Part shown: positions 1-9,892 of the stretch, in pieces | How the letters are laid out: each line of letters begins with the position of its first letter | Numbering within the stretch: the first letter of the stretch is position 1 | Virus record (IMG/VR): IMGVR_UViG_3300032295_003347 | From: an uncultured virus (IMG/VR IMGVR_UViG_3300032295_003347) | Lineage: Duplodnaviria; Heunggongvirae; Uroviricota; Caudoviricetes | Length of the DNA: 64,000 nucleotides | Direction: 5' to 3' (one strand) | Made by a program: the position numbers and the translations under genes | The notes under the pieces: generated by a model | The model's input: the letters and a program-made list of their open reading frames with translations, nothing else | What the model was told of the DNA's origin: nothing | The model's database searches: none

Positions 1-1
1 A

Positions 2-946
2 TACGGCTATATCCAAGCTGTCATTGTGGAGACGTATCCTTTCACTGGAATTTTAAAGCTTCGCAAGTCGGGTTCTGTTGAAGCAACACCAGACTCGGCG
101 TTGATTACACCAGCTACCAAAGGTCCCAGTCTTAATAGATACCTGATAACTGGCTCAAGATACTGTTGTTCTTGCCAAGACTTTACCCATCGTGATTACT
201 CGTTTATGAATACTCTTGGCGAAGGTACTAAAAAGATATTCCCGCGAACAAGCCTTGCGTCTGTTAAGCCTGGTCGATATGAGAAAACAAAATTAAACGG
301 AAAGTTGAATAACAATGCGATGACAAGTGCAACGGTTGATCGCAAAATGGACATTATTGCGCCCTCGGCACAGTACACAGTTCCACCTGAAGTAAACACA
401 ACATCAACGGTAGATCCTGATGCGACCAGGGATTTTGCTGGAGTCTTTCGTGAGTTTGGTGCTACATACCTAAGAAATACAAGTAACCCTTCCATCCCTG
501 GCTCCAGGGCGGAAGGGATGCCTTTATATGAAGACTACACTTCAGCCAATGGTCAGATTACTTCGATTACAGATTTTTGGGCACCGCTACTAGATGAGAT
601 GCGTTACTGCAAACACATCTATGCCATGAAGTTTGCAGAAGGTAATTTCCCACCAGAGCCGTCTGATTTTCCAGTGGAAGAAGGAAGCATGGCTGCGTGG
701 GAGCAAAGGTTGGTTGATCAAACTGAAAATGAACAGAAGGAGTTGATTGCAGCGGACTTGTCAAGAACATCTTTGTCAATGATGGACGTGCCCCCATACA
801 ATTGCCAATCACCAATGATGATGCCGATGATGCAAAAACTGTTCAATATTCCAGCCAACTTTGTCATGATGAGAGGTTTTACAATGTATGACAAGGATGG
901 CACTGCATACAAGCCATCACTAGGCCAAAACCCTTCTTCGTCATGA
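2..946 (+). CDS. Hypothetical phage protein with split SWIM-type Zn finger (5'-truncated by window edge)
   Basis: Frame open to window start; YCCSCQDF ... YCKHIYA motifs (CxC...CxH) about 140 aa apart. Confidence 0.6.
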   Translation, partial: YGYIQAVIVETYPFTGILKLRKSGSVEATPDSALITPATKGPSLNRYLITGSRYCCSCQDFTHRDYSFMNTLGEGTKKIFPRTSLASVKPGRYEKTKLNGKLNNNAMTSATVDRKMDIIAPSAQYTVPPEVNTTSTVDPDATRDFAGVFREFGATYLRNTSNPSIPGSRAEGMPLYEDYTSANGQITSITDFWAPLLDEMRYCKHIYAMKFAEGNFPPEPSDFPVEEGSMAAWEQRLVDQTENEQKELIAADLSRTSLSMMDVPPYNCQSPMMMPMMQKLFNIPANFVMMRGFTMYDKDGTAYKPSLGQNPSSS

Positions 947-1173
947 CAACGCCAAATTTTGGAGATGTTGTAGATACAAACTTTATTTACTCACAAGAAC
1001 AGGATGATGTTCGCAAGTACGGTTTTAGTGAGTTCCAGGTAAGTGGTCGGCCTACCATCTATCATGCTGGTGATGTTGTTCATTTACCTTTTGCCTCTGG
1101 TGAGCTATCGACAATTGAAGCCGTGGGACTAGCCTGGTCTGGTTATGTGAACGGTATCCCGCCAGAAGAGTAG
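943..1173 (+). CDS. Hypothetical protein
   Basis: ATGA overlap with upstream gene; followed by terminator. Confidence 0.7.
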   Translation: MTTPNFGDVVDTNFIYSQEQDDVRKYGFSEFQVSGRPTIYHAGDVVHLPFASGELSTIEAVGLAWSGYVNGIPPEE

Positions 1174-1180
1174 ACAAAAT

Positions 1181-1206
1181 AAAGCCCCGCACAAGACGGG
1201 GCATTT
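1181..1206. terminator. Probable bidirectional intrinsic terminator
   Basis: GCCCCG-cacaaga-CGGGGC hairpin with A-run before and ATTT after, between convergent genes. Confidence 0.6.
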
Positions 1207-1225
1207 GATCAATACTTGACTAGCT

Positions 1226-1444
1226 TCAGGCAGCAGCCATTTGCATTTCAAGTTTTTTCAGGTGCTTACGCACTGCAGAAATGTTCCAGCGGTAGTTGTC
1301 GCGTGAACGAGTCTCAGGAAAAGCGGCGAAGTGGGGGCCAAGTTTCAGCGTGCCATTGTCGCGGTACTTGAAGAGAGTCTTGCGATCAATGCCGAGGAGT
1401 TCTTCCGCTTGCTGGACGGAGACCCATCCTGGGTGCTTAGCCAT
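1226..1444 (-). CDS. HTH DNA-binding protein (excisionase/MerR-like)
   Basis: WVSVQQAEELLGIDRKTLFKYRDNG HTH signature; ATG at 1444. Confidence 0.7.
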   Translation of the reverse strand: MAKHPGWVSVQQAEELLGIDRKTLFKYRDNGTLKLGPHFAAFPETRSRDNYRWNISAVRKHLKKLEMQMAAA

Positions 1445-1580
1445 GACCAAAGGAGTCGTGTACTCACTTAACTTACACCACGTCAAGAGCCTGTCAACAG
1501 ACTTAAGAAAAATTTTATCTCTTTACTTAACCGAGAACAAATATGGGTCAAATTAAAATAGATTAACAGCACAAAAGAGT

Positions 1581-1943
1581 ATGTTCAATTGCGAACAGGA
1601 ACCCCTTGCCCTGCTCATTGAATTAACTCCAAAGCTAGCCAAGAAACGTTACCGTCAATCTATATACGACGCCTGGGACTGTAAATGTGCTTATTGCGAG
1701 GCGGATGCCACGTCATTAGATCATGTAATTCCCAGATTTAAATCGGGGTCTAGTAACAGAACAAACCTTGTACCCGCCTGTCGCAGATGCAATACATCCA
1801 AGGCAAGCACCAAGATGAACGAATGGTTTGAAAGGCAAGAGTTCTTTACTCAAGCTAGGATGGATAGAATTAATGCCTGGATCAAACAAGAGCCGTTTGA
1901 TGTTTTTGTTTGCGATTTAACTGTGTTTAGGGAAGCTGTTTAA
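1581..1943 (+). CDS. HNH endonuclease
   Basis: CAYC ... SLDHVIP ... NLVPACRRCN. Confidence 0.85.
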   Translation: MFNCEQEPLALLIELTPKLAKKRYRQSIYDAWDCKCAYCEADATSLDHVIPRFKSGSSNRTNLVPACRRCNTSKASTKMNEWFERQEFFTQARMDRINAWIKQEPFDVFVCDLTVFREAV

Positions 1944-1944
1944 G

Positions 1945-4900
1945 ATGTCAATTTCATATGATGCAGGTCAGAATAAATGGGATATTCAGTACCAGAGCGA
2001 AAATAACCCTTTAGTTGACAAGGTATCTATTAAACGCAAAGTACCCAATTGGGGATATGTAAACTATGGTTCCAAGGGCGCAGGTGTTGGTATTACTGGA
2101 TACACCGAAAAAACAGCAACAGTAGACGTTAACGGCGGATATTGGGATGTCATAAATGCTCTTAATGCAGCTGGTATTCCTAATCCAGAACCATGGGAGG
2201 CAGAGAATGCTTTAAAAACAGAACAGGCAACTGCGCGCAGTAATAATGCTGCAAGTATTAAAAAAAATGAAGAGGCAGCAAAAGTTAATTCTTTATACAG
2301 AACAATCGACACTTACGCAAAGGCAGCCAAGCCTGGAATGTATTTAGATGCTAAAAAAGCAATTGATAACTCTAATGTAGACGACGCAATAAAAAAGAAT
2401 GCTAAAACTGCTTTTAATTCTTTCTACACAACAAAGGTAGTGTCTCCCTGGGACACGTCTTCAGGGGCAAAAGTTCCTTTTGAGGGTTTTGAAAATACAA
2501 TTCGATTTAACCCTGAGTACTACGGCGGCACAACAAGTGGCAAAAGCGCAAAAGAAGCCTGGGATAACGCAGTAAAAAATGAAGACCTTGACATATTGGG
2601 GCGTTACCCAAACTATGAAGCATACGCGTTATGGCACTACAGTAACATTGGTCAAAATGAAGCAAAGAAAAAGGGGGAGCGGGATCCAGGCTTCAAGCCC
2701 CTTACACCTACTGATGGTTTTGAATATGGCAAGGTAGAAGAGTCTGTTCCAGGAAAAACAGATGCCGCCCGTCAGTTTGAACGCGACAAGATTGCAACCG
2801 ATATTCTTGGATTAAAACAAACAACTGAAGGCTACCAGCTTCGCGACATTGCTAGTCAATACAGAAATCTTGTCACTAGCAACGCACAGCTAAAAGATCA
2901 ATGGAGTACCGCCAAGTCCGAAATTTTATATTCAGAGCGTTTCCCTAAAGAAGCCAAGCAGCCTTGGGCAAAGCTTTATGAAGCAGTAAAAGAAGCCACT
3001 GGTGCCGAACCAGAGATTCAGTCAGAAGCTGGCTTTGGTGAGTTATTGACCAAAGCATACCAACTGGACTCAGACCAGTACCCAGGTGCTCAGAAATTAA
3101 TTAAAGATATTCAGGCCAACAAAGAAATAAAAGCGGTTGACACAAAGTTATCGGAATACGACACAGCGCTCACTAAGGTTGCGGGCGAAGCTGAAGCTAA
3201 GCAAACCGAAAGGGCAGCCGTATTTCAAAAGCAGTTTTTAGAAGACTCACGCAGGGCTTTGATTGAAGCAAAAAAAGCAGAGCAAAAGTTTGACTTGTTA
3301 AGTGGTACTTCATTTGGCCAAGAGATTCTTGGTATGCGTGAGAATATTGCAAATTCTATTTTGCAAGAATCCGGGGTAGGAGGCATTCTTTCACTGGGGG
3401 GACAACAAAAAGATGACCTTGCCAAGAAATTTAACTTGTCACTAGACACAGGAAAAGTATTTGGAAGCAACAACGGACTGTTGTACAACTGGGAGAAATG
3501 GTTCTTTGATGAGATTGAGAAAAAATACGCAGGTGATTTAGACGTACCAAATGATTACGTTCCTGGTTACCAGCGTAATATTGGCAATGGTTTTGTTACT
3601 GAAGAACAGGTTAAATCTTGGAAGCAATACGACGATGCATACGAGACGTTAAAAAAAGATCCAGGTAATATCAGTGCTCAGCAAAAAGTTAATGCAGCTA
3701 ATCTTCCCAAGGATTACGTACCAGTCGATAAGCGTAAAACAACAAAACAAGAGTGGATTGATTACGAGGCAGCACGTCGTGCCAAAGGTTGGGTTGATAA
3801 TGACACGCTAGCTAAATGGTCGGATTATGACGACGCGTACAAAACACTAAACAGCCCGACAGCAACACAACAAGAAAAACAAAAAGCACAAAACATTTAC
3901 AACAACAAACCAGCGGACTACCTGGAGCCAGACAAAAGAATTGACTCTGACATTCAATTTGCGCAAGACTTCTTTAATGATTATTTGCTGCCTAGATTTA
4001 ATGCGTCAAAATCGATTAGCGAATTTAGGGATTACATCAATGTAGACAAAGATAAGCAAAACATTTTTCAAACGGAAGACCGTTTGCAAAGTTTAAAAAA
4101 TGCGGCGGAATCAGCTTCTGTTTCCTGGATGAAAGCCCTTGACTCCCTGGGGACAAGTAAGTTTAATTCTGATTATTACTTTGACCCAGGTAAGTACTAC
4201 CTTGAAAAAGGTGTTGGCACGGAAGGAAAATCTCCTGTGCTTTTGGGGGACCAGTTCCAAAAGGAATGGGGCAGCACCATTCCCGATCAATACATTAAGC
4301 AAAAGACTGATATTGCAAATGACTGGGAGAAAGCAAAGGCTGGTGAGATAACAAAAGATGATAATGGCAATGATATTAACTGGCAAGCCAAGGCATACCT
4401 ATATGGTTTTGACGTAAACAACAAAGAAGATTTTGCCAAGCTGCACTATGAAGTATTAGGACAAGCCAGACAGTACGACTCGGCTCCTGATGTATTCAAT
4501 CCACGCATTGCGCAGATCTACTTAAAGCAAGTACTAACGCCCTACCTTGCCGATAAGTACGCAAAAATTGGAACGGTCTTTGGTCAGTTTGTGAACCCAG
4601 AAGAGTTTGCCGATGAGTTTGTAAATAAACTAGACCCGTTAAAAAATAAAGAACAAACAGAGAAGGTCTTAAAGCTTTATGGCCTGGATCCAAATACAGA
4701 AGATCTTACTCAATTAAAGAAGATGATCTCTGATGGTATTCGTAGTTCGGATGCCTTGGACATTAGAGAACAAATTAAAAAGCTGAATCAGGAAAGCGAA
4801 ACCCCAACACAAGAGTTATTAGGCGTTGAGTACATTCAACGTGCTTCTGACAAAAGAGAAGAAGATGCAAAAGTTGACGACGCTTTGTTTAATCGTTTTA

Positions 4901-5334
4901 AATCGGCGGGGTACCAGGGAAGTCAAGAAGAGTTTTACAGTGACTTCATGCCCGATGCCACAGAAGAAGATAAGAAAATTTTCCAAACTGTTTACAGTGG
5001 CAAGGCGCCCAGTGAACTTTATAAATTCAAGCCGACAGGAGATCCTTTTGCGGATATTGGTCAACTCGAAAGTTTGTCTTCGTTTGGCGAAGAAGAAAAA
5101 CCTAAGAAGGAAACGCCTAAAGCGACAGAACCTAAAAGCAAATACTTTTCTTTCTTCCCAGATGAAGATACACAAGAAGAGGAAGAAGAACCAAGTTCTC
5201 CAGTTAAAATTAAGAAAGGTAGTGATATTCTTTCGGAATTTAAATCACGTTTAAATCTTTCTCCTACCGCAGGTAAGAAGAGTCCATCTGATTTGTCCGA
5301 TCCTTTTTCTAGTTCTTTCTTTGGTTCTTTCTAA
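1945..5334 (+). CDS. Large hypothetical protein, probably virion-associated
   Basis: 1129-aa ORF; internal repeat WxxYDDAYxTL...(P)xDY; acidic C-terminus. Confidence 0.7.
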   Translation: MSISYDAGQNKWDIQYQSENNPLVDKVSIKRKVPNWGYVNYGSKGAGVGITGYTEKTATVDVNGGYWDVINALNAAGIPNPEPWEAENALKTEQATARSNNAASIKKNEEAAKVNSLYRTIDTYAKAAKPGMYLDAKKAIDNSNVDDAIKKNAKTAFNSFYTTKVVSPWDTSSGAKVPFEGFENTIRFNPEYYGGTTSGKSAKEAWDNAVKNEDLDILGRYPNYEAYALWHYSNIGQNEAKKKGERDPGFKPLTPTDGFEYGKVEESVPGKTDAARQFERDKIATDILGLKQTTEGYQLRDIASQYRNLVTSNAQLKDQWSTAKSEILYSERFPKEAKQPWAKLYEAVKEATGAEPEIQSEAGFGELLTKAYQLDSDQYPGAQKLIKDIQANKEIKAVDTKLSEYDTALTKVAGEAEAKQTERAAVFQKQFLEDSRRALIEAKKAEQKFDLLSGTSFGQEILGMRENIANSILQESGVGGILSLGGQQKDDLAKKFNLSLDTGKVFGSNNGLLYNWEKWFFDEIEKKYAGDLDVPNDYVPGYQRNIGNGFVTEEQVKSWKQYDDAYETLKKDPGNISAQQKVNAANLPKDYVPVDKRKTTKQEWIDYEAARRAKGWVDNDTLAKWSDYDDAYKTLNSPTATQQEKQKAQNIYNNKPADYLEPDKRIDSDIQFAQDFFNDYLLPRFNASKSISEFRDYINVDKDKQNIFQTEDRLQSLKNAAESASVSWMKALDSLGTSKFNSDYYFDPGKYYLEKGVGTEGKSPVLLGDQFQKEWGSTIPDQYIKQKTDIANDWEKAKAGEITKDDNGNDINWQAKAYLYGFDVNNKEDFAKLHYEVLGQARQYDSAPDVFNPRIAQIYLKQVLTPYLADKYAKIGTVFGQFVNPEEFADEFVNKLDPLKNKEQTEKVLKLYGLDPNTEDLTQLKKMISDGIRSSDALDIREQIKKLNQESETPTQELLGVEYIQRASDKREEDAKVDDALFNRFKSAGYQGSQEEFYSDFMPDATEEDKKIFQTVYSGKAPSELYKFKPTGDPFADIGQLESLSSFGEEEKPKKETPKATEPKSKYFSFFPDEDTQEEEEEPSSPVKIKKGSDILSEFKSRLNLSPTAGKKSPSDLSDPFSSSFFGSF

Positions 5335-5621
5335 TGGCTGATAAACGTAAGAAAGCGGCTAGTGCCGCAAACAGATTTCAGAAAGATAAGATGGAGTGCA
5401 ACAAACCGCAACGTGCTCCTAAAGGTGATAAGCACAAGTACGTTGTCAAAGGGTGCCAGGACGGGAAGGAGAGCATTGTACGGTTTGGCTTGCGGGGTTA
5501 TGACGACTACTTGTCGCACCATGACGAGGGAAGACGTGCTAACTTTAAAGCCAGGCACAACTGCTCCGAGAAGAAGGACAAACTGACTCCGGGGTATTGG
5601 GCCTGTAACCACAACTGGTGA
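5334..5621 (+). CDS. Conserved small basic phage protein
   Basis: VRFG..GYDDY..H.D..RRANFKARH.C ... YWAC..W pattern; TAATG coupling. Confidence 0.7.
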   Translation: MADKRKKAASAANRFQKDKMECNKPQRAPKGDKHKYVVKGCQDGKESIVRFGLRGYDDYLSHHDEGRRANFKARHNCSEKKDKLTPGYWACNHNW

Positions 5622-5626
5622 AAACC

Positions 5627-5752
5627 ATGGCAAAACCAAAGTCCAGCTCATCTCTTAAAATCGAATCCAAACCCAAGAAGACAAGGCAAGGACAAGGTCA
5701 ACACTCGTTGCCTAATCACGGTCGCAAAAAAACTCGCGGCCAAGGCAGGTAA
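5627..5752 (+). CDS. Small basic peptide (41 aa)
   Basis: Read manually: MAKPKSSSSLKIESKPKKTRQGQGQHSLPNHGRKKTRGQGR. Confidence 0.6.
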   Translation: MAKPKSSSSLKIESKPKKTRQGQGQHSLPNHGRKKTRGQGR

Positions 5753-5787
5753 GTTGTGTATATTGGGGGTAATGAATAGTTGCCCCC

Positions 5788-6462
5788 ATGTCTGACTTTT
5801 CGCGTGCAATTTATTTAATCTGCAAGCATGAGGGCTTTAACGAGAAAGCCTACGCCGATCCAAGTACAGGTGGGGAACCTTACACCATTGGATATGGCAC
5901 ACAATTTTATCCTGATGGCTCGCCAGTGAAGCGCGGACATCTGTGCAGTAAAGAAAAAGCGCTTGAATATTTGTTCCACGAAGTAGATGTAATTGATACA
6001 CAACTATCAAAATTAAACATTGGCCTGAGTGAATCTGTAAGACAGGCCCTTATTTCATTCATTCATTCTGTCGGCTGGGAATCGTTTTTCTACAGCAGCA
6101 TTGTTGACAGCTTAGAACATGAAGACCTAAAGGAAGTTACGGAGGAAATGAGTCGATGGGTTTTTGATGCCGATCATCAAGTCATTGGTTCCATGTTGAC
6201 TAGGCGTCGGGAAGAAATTAATATTCTGCTTATAGATTCCAATGTTTTTATCCAACCTTGTACACAGTTATTGTTGGCTGCGTTCAGGTGTTACTCTGGA
6301 GCGTTACACGAAATTCAAGCAATCAAGCACCTGGAGGAGAGTTTGAATCCGTACGTACTATCCAGATTTGTAAACGAGTTTCGGGTCAGTGAAAAACCCT
6401 GGGACACATTCCGCACTGACGAGTACGACCCCGATGATTTCAACACTGTCTTTGACAGGTAG
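5788..6462 (+). CDS. Phage lysozyme (GH24-like) with C-terminal extension
   Basis: HEGFNEKAYADP...YTIGYGT catalytic motif; LTRRREE. Confidence 0.8.
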   Translation: MSDFSRAIYLICKHEGFNEKAYADPSTGGEPYTIGYGTQFYPDGSPVKRGHLCSKEKALEYLFHEVDVIDTQLSKLNIGLSESVRQALISFIHSVGWESFFYSSIVDSLEHEDLKEVTEEMSRWVFDADHQVIGSMLTRRREEINILLIDSNVFIQPCTQLLLAAFRCYSGALHEIQAIKHLEESLNPYVLSRFVNEFRVSEKPWDTFRTDEYDPDDFNTVFDR

Positions 6463-6498
6463 AATTAGAATAGTTGCATTAAAAACGTGCAAAGCGGA

Positions 6499-6789
6499 AT
6501 GGAGCGTTCAGTAGAGCCACGGGAATTTGAACTTCCTTTAGAGCTTCAATTCTCGATGCGCAAAGCTGAGCTTGCGGCCCAAGAGATGACCTGGGACGAC
6601 CTATATGCAGCCCTATTGAACCTCTACCATCAACGCCTGATGGAGTGGTATGCAGTCAAAGAGATCATGGCGTCTGAAAATATTGAGATTGACTTCGACA
6701 TTCCTACTGACCTGGAGTTAGCAGAACTCGCCGCCGCATGTATATACGACGACGAGGACGAAGATGAAGACAATCTTCAGCCGTTCTGA
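6499..6789 (+). CDS. nblA: NblA-like phycobilisome degradation protein with acidic tail
   Basis: LPLELQFSMRKAELAAQEMTWDDLYAALLNLYHQRL fits the NblA L.LEQ.F ... M..E ... L..LY.Q helix-loop-helix pattern. Confidence 0.65.
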   Translation: MERSVEPREFELPLELQFSMRKAELAAQEMTWDDLYAALLNLYHQRLMEWYAVKEIMASENIEIDFDIPTDLELAELAAACIYDDEDEDEDNLQPF

Positions 6790-7271
6790 ACTTCGTCAAG
6801 CAGAACAAGGCGCTTCAGGTACCACAGGGCTTTCTTCAGCGATTCTGTACCGCCTTTGTGGCGTTCGCGCCAGGTGTACTTTAAATTGTTGCCTTTGCAG
6901 TAACCACGAAATTCTTCGGTAGTTAAAGCTGCTTCAATGGCATCAATACATTCAATTTCGCCATCAGTGTAGTGCGAAGGATGATTTACCAGATCCTCCT
7001 GGACCACAGGAGCAGTTTCTTTGGTGGCCCAGGGAACTGGGCAAACACCATCCTTGCACTCAGTCGACTCGCTAATTATCGGCGCAAACCACGGCGAAGA
7101 CGAGACTGCTCCATCATCTCCTCGTTGGGTGCCCCCAGGTCCAGCACTAACGCCTTGGGCTTCGGTGATGCTCCCATCGCCAGACCCTGTTCCATTGTTG
7201 GAATATATCCCGTTGCTCCAGGCCGTCCCCCCTCGAGTGCCAAGTTTGTCCGTTCCCTTCCGTCCTGACAT
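6777..7271 (-). CDS. DUF3310 (SaV-like) protein; start uncertain
   Basis: VNHPSHY...IECIDAI...GN.LKY.WR...KGG.ESLKKALWYL. Confidence 0.75.
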   Translation of the reverse strand: MSGRKGTDKLGTRGGTAWSNGIYSNNGTGSGDGSITEAQGVSAGPGGTQRGDDGAVSSSPWFAPIISESTECKDGVCPVPWATKETAPVVQEDLVNHPSHYTDGEIECIDAIEAALTTEEFRGYCKGNNLKYTWRERHKGGTESLKKALWYLKRLVLLDEVQNG

Positions 7272-7417
7272 AGGGTTAACCCTCTGTTGTACATATCCAT
7301 TAAGGGTACATCATTTTCTTCGTTGGCGAGAGGTGCGCCAAAATCTTCTTCACTAAGACAACGACAATTCAGTTCATCCTGAACAAAACTATCTAAAAAT
7401 CCCGCCGCGCCGTGCAT
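7076..7417 (-). CDS. Hypothetical protein
   Basis: 113-aa ATG ORF, overlaps the DUF3310 frame. Confidence 0.5.
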   Translation of the reverse strand: MHGAAGFLDSFVQDELNCRCLSEEDFGAPLANEENDVPLMDMYNRGLTLCQDGRERTNLALEGGRPGATGYIPTMEQGLAMGASPKPKALVLDLGAPNEEMMEQSRLRRGLRR

Positions 7418-7458
7418 GACTATTAAGTGGCTTGATTTACTGTTTTTATAATATTATC

Positions 7459-7839
7459 ATGGCAAGATTCTTCGACGCTACATACGACCCACGCAACGAT
7501 TCTGGTACGTCGGGAGCTGAAGTTTCTGACCTAAATCCAGAGCAGGCGTACGATACTGACCTGCGTCGCGTCGACTCGGATGCAAGAGCATCTGCAGAAA
7601 GTCTTAATGATTCGCAAGATCGTATTGCAAAGTTCCTTCGGGCATCCAAGAGTGCCGGGAAGTTTCAGCAAACACGCATGTTAAGGGACACCACCATGAA
7701 TGGAAAGACCCCAAGGTCGGAGGCGACTATTGGAGGAGTCACCATCCCAAACCTTGGGGACCGCATTGGGGAAGCTGGTGGCACCAACTACGCAAGGAAA
7801 CCTGGGCGCAGTGGCGGCACCTTCTATGGTTTTGGTTAA
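7459..7839 (+). CDS. Hypothetical protein
   Basis: ATG preceded by TATAAT. Confidence 0.65.
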   Translation: MARFFDATYDPRNDSGTSGAEVSDLNPEQAYDTDLRRVDSDARASAESLNDSQDRIAKFLRASKSAGKFQQTRMLRDTTMNGKTPRSEATIGGVTIPNLGDRIGEAGGTNYARKPGRSGGTFYGFG

Positions 7840-8423
7840 ACCTGGCTGTAGACAACCTCATAGGGTTGGTTCTGGTACTTACCCTTACGATCTTGGTAGC
7901 TCACGTGGCAAGGCTCACCACGATAGAAAAGGAGCTGCGTAATGCCTTCGTTTGCATAGATGCGATTAAACAGTCCCGTGCAGTTGCTGATCTCAAGGGT
8001 CAGGTGACCTTCCCAGGCAGCTTCGGCAGGTGTGATGTTTACCAAGATTCCCGATCGTGCATACGTAGATTTGCCAACCGCAACTACGGTCACATCACGT
8101 GGAAGTTTGATGTGTTCCATGGCAACGCCAAGGCAGTAGCCATAGGGTGGAAGCAGGAAGTACTCACCCTTTTCGTCTTCCAGCAACTCGGCTGGCTTCA
8201 GGATGTTTTCATCAAAAGCTTTGGGATCACAATCTCCCGCCTGGATCTTACCAAAAATTAAGCATTGCTTTGGTGATAGGCGAATGTCGTAGCCGTATGA
8301 ACTGAGACCATAGCTGAGCAGGCGCCGTCCATCCTCTTTGTTGATTAAACGATCAACAAAAGGAGAGATCATCTCTTCTTTTTCAGCCAGCTCTTTGATT
8401 TCCCAGTCGGCTAGTACGCTCAT
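7836..8423 (-). CDS. dcd: dCTP deaminase
   Basis: SYGLSSYGYDIRL, GKSTYARSGI, WEGHLTLEISN, YANEGITQLLF, Y.DRKGKYQ. Confidence 0.95.
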   Translation of the reverse strand: MSVLADWEIKELAEKEEMISPFVDRLINKEDGRRLLSYGLSSYGYDIRLSPKQCLIFGKIQAGDCDPKAFDENILKPAELLEDEKGEYFLLPPYGYCLGVAMEHIKLPRDVTVVAVGKSTYARSGILVNITPAEAAWEGHLTLEISNCTGLFNRIYANEGITQLLFYRGEPCHVSYQDRKGKYQNQPYEVVYSQV

Positions 8424-8455
8424 AAGACCGTTGATTCGATGATCAGTCTACATAA

Positions 8456-9049
8456 TTAGGTGATGATCCGCCCTTTCTCCGAATAAATGTCAATGAAATT
8501 TTGGGTGTAGTTGTCCAGGCCATCGCTTGGCTGTAGGTAGACAATAAAAGAACTGCACGTATTTTTAGCTTCGACTCGACCGTCCTCAAAGTAATGCCGT
8601 CGAAGCATGGGTGTGTTTTTTAAAAAACAGATAGGAAAATCAAAGATGTCCTGGGCGTAACGAATCATGTCAGGACAGTTGCCAAAGTACAAGCCTTGCT
8701 TAACTTCACCTGACAGCCACTTTCTCTTTAGAGTTCGCCACCACAGTGCGTACCCTGAAATCAAAGTATGCGACAAGCCGCGTGTACGCTTCCACCTCTG
8801 GGACTTAATGTCCCAAAAGTACGTGTAGTTTGGAGGAAAGACGTAAACATTTCCAAACCAGTCCTGCTCATTTAATGCGTCATCCTCTGGTGTATAGAAG
8901 TGGTCGGCATTGACGTAGCTATTTGCTACAGCAGAACTTGCCGGGTCAAGGTCGATGCCTCCCATTAGCATGTGCGCAGAATTGATCAGGTCAGCACCAG
9001 AGATCCACTCGAATGTATCGGTGTGCGCATTACCACGAAAAGACGGCAT
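8456..9049 (-). CDS. Phage DNA N6-adenine methyltransferase-like protein (atypical motif IV)
   Basis: IDLDPASS..AN, YT.EDD.L.Q.W.G.VYVFPPNY. Confidence 0.65.
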   Translation of the reverse strand: MPSFRGNAHTDTFEWISGADLINSAHMLMGGIDLDPASSAVANSYVNADHFYTPEDDALNEQDWFGNVYVFPPNYTYFWDIKSQRWKRTRGLSHTLISGYALWWRTLKRKWLSGEVKQGLYFGNCPDMIRYAQDIFDFPICFLKNTPMLRRHYFEDGRVEAKNTCSSFIVYLQPSDGLDNYTQNFIDIYSEKGRIIT

Positions 9050-9435
9050 TACTTCTCGCTCACCTGGCAATAATCAATCTCAAGATAACGCATGCCATCG
9101 TTATCGTTAACAAGATATCCAGCTTTCTCCTGCGGATTAATTTTTTGCGCCGCCGCAAGTATGCGTCTAAACGTTTCTGCGAGGTCACCATTGTCTTCTC
9201 GTTCGCAACTTTCTTGCGCTGAGTGCAGTTCTTTTAGTGTCATAAAGAACATTGAGCGTTCTTTGTTTGTGGGCTGAAACACCATGATGCCGGGCCCTTC
9301 TGCATCCCATAGCTTGCAGTAATGTTGCCCCATGTCACCAAGAATCAGCTTTATGGTGGCATCAAGCATCCTGGTTTTGGTCGTATCCAGATCCCCTTGG
9401 AGCGCAGAGGCAATTAATTTTTCACGCCTGTTCAT
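9049..9435 (-). CDS. Hypothetical protein
   Basis: Translationally coupled ORF. Confidence 0.7.
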   Translation of the reverse strand: MNRREKLIASALQGDLDTTKTRMLDATIKLILGDMGQHYCKLWDAEGPGIMVFQPTNKERSMFFMTLKELHSAQESCEREDNGDLAETFRRILAAAQKINPQEKAGYLVNDNDGMRYLEIDYCQVSEK

Positions 9436-9892
9436 TTTTTAAGAGTCCTTGACGAATAAGTATTTGTTTCATCTTAGGAAGTGGCTTGTAGATTACGACA
9501 AGTTTTCCTAGATTACCTCGTTTTTTGATGAGCTTTTGATTCTCGTCTTTTAGCTTGTCAAATTCTCCTGCCCGAATTAAGTACTCGGCTACGCAACGCA
9601 AGCGTCGCTTGAGAGACAAGTCAGCTTCTGGAAATTTACCACAGATTGTGTCTGGTGCCATATCTGCAAATGCAATACGCAAGCGATTGGCCAGAGTCAC
9701 ATTAAAATGCGGATCCTCCTTTTCGAATTCTTTTATGTTGTACAAGTACCTGCGTAGGACATCGGTATCAAAAGAGCCTTCGGGAGGCAAGAACATTTCC
9801 ACTTGATCTGCAAGGCCTTTGGGAAGAAGGTCCTTGTAATTTTTAGTGGTGATTAAGTCAATTTCAATAGTATGGAAGCGATTATTCGCCAT
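9422..9892 (-). CDS. Hypothetical protein
   Basis: ATG at 9892 overlaps the upstream gene end. Confidence 0.65.
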   Translation of the reverse strand: MANNRFHTIEIDLITTKNYKDLLPKGLADQVEMFLPPEGSFDTDVLRRYLYNIKEFEKEDPHFNVTLANRLRIAFADMAPDTICGKFPEADLSLKRRLRCVAEYLIRAGEFDKLKDENQKLIKKRGNLGKLVVIYKPLPKMKQILIRQGLLKNEQA

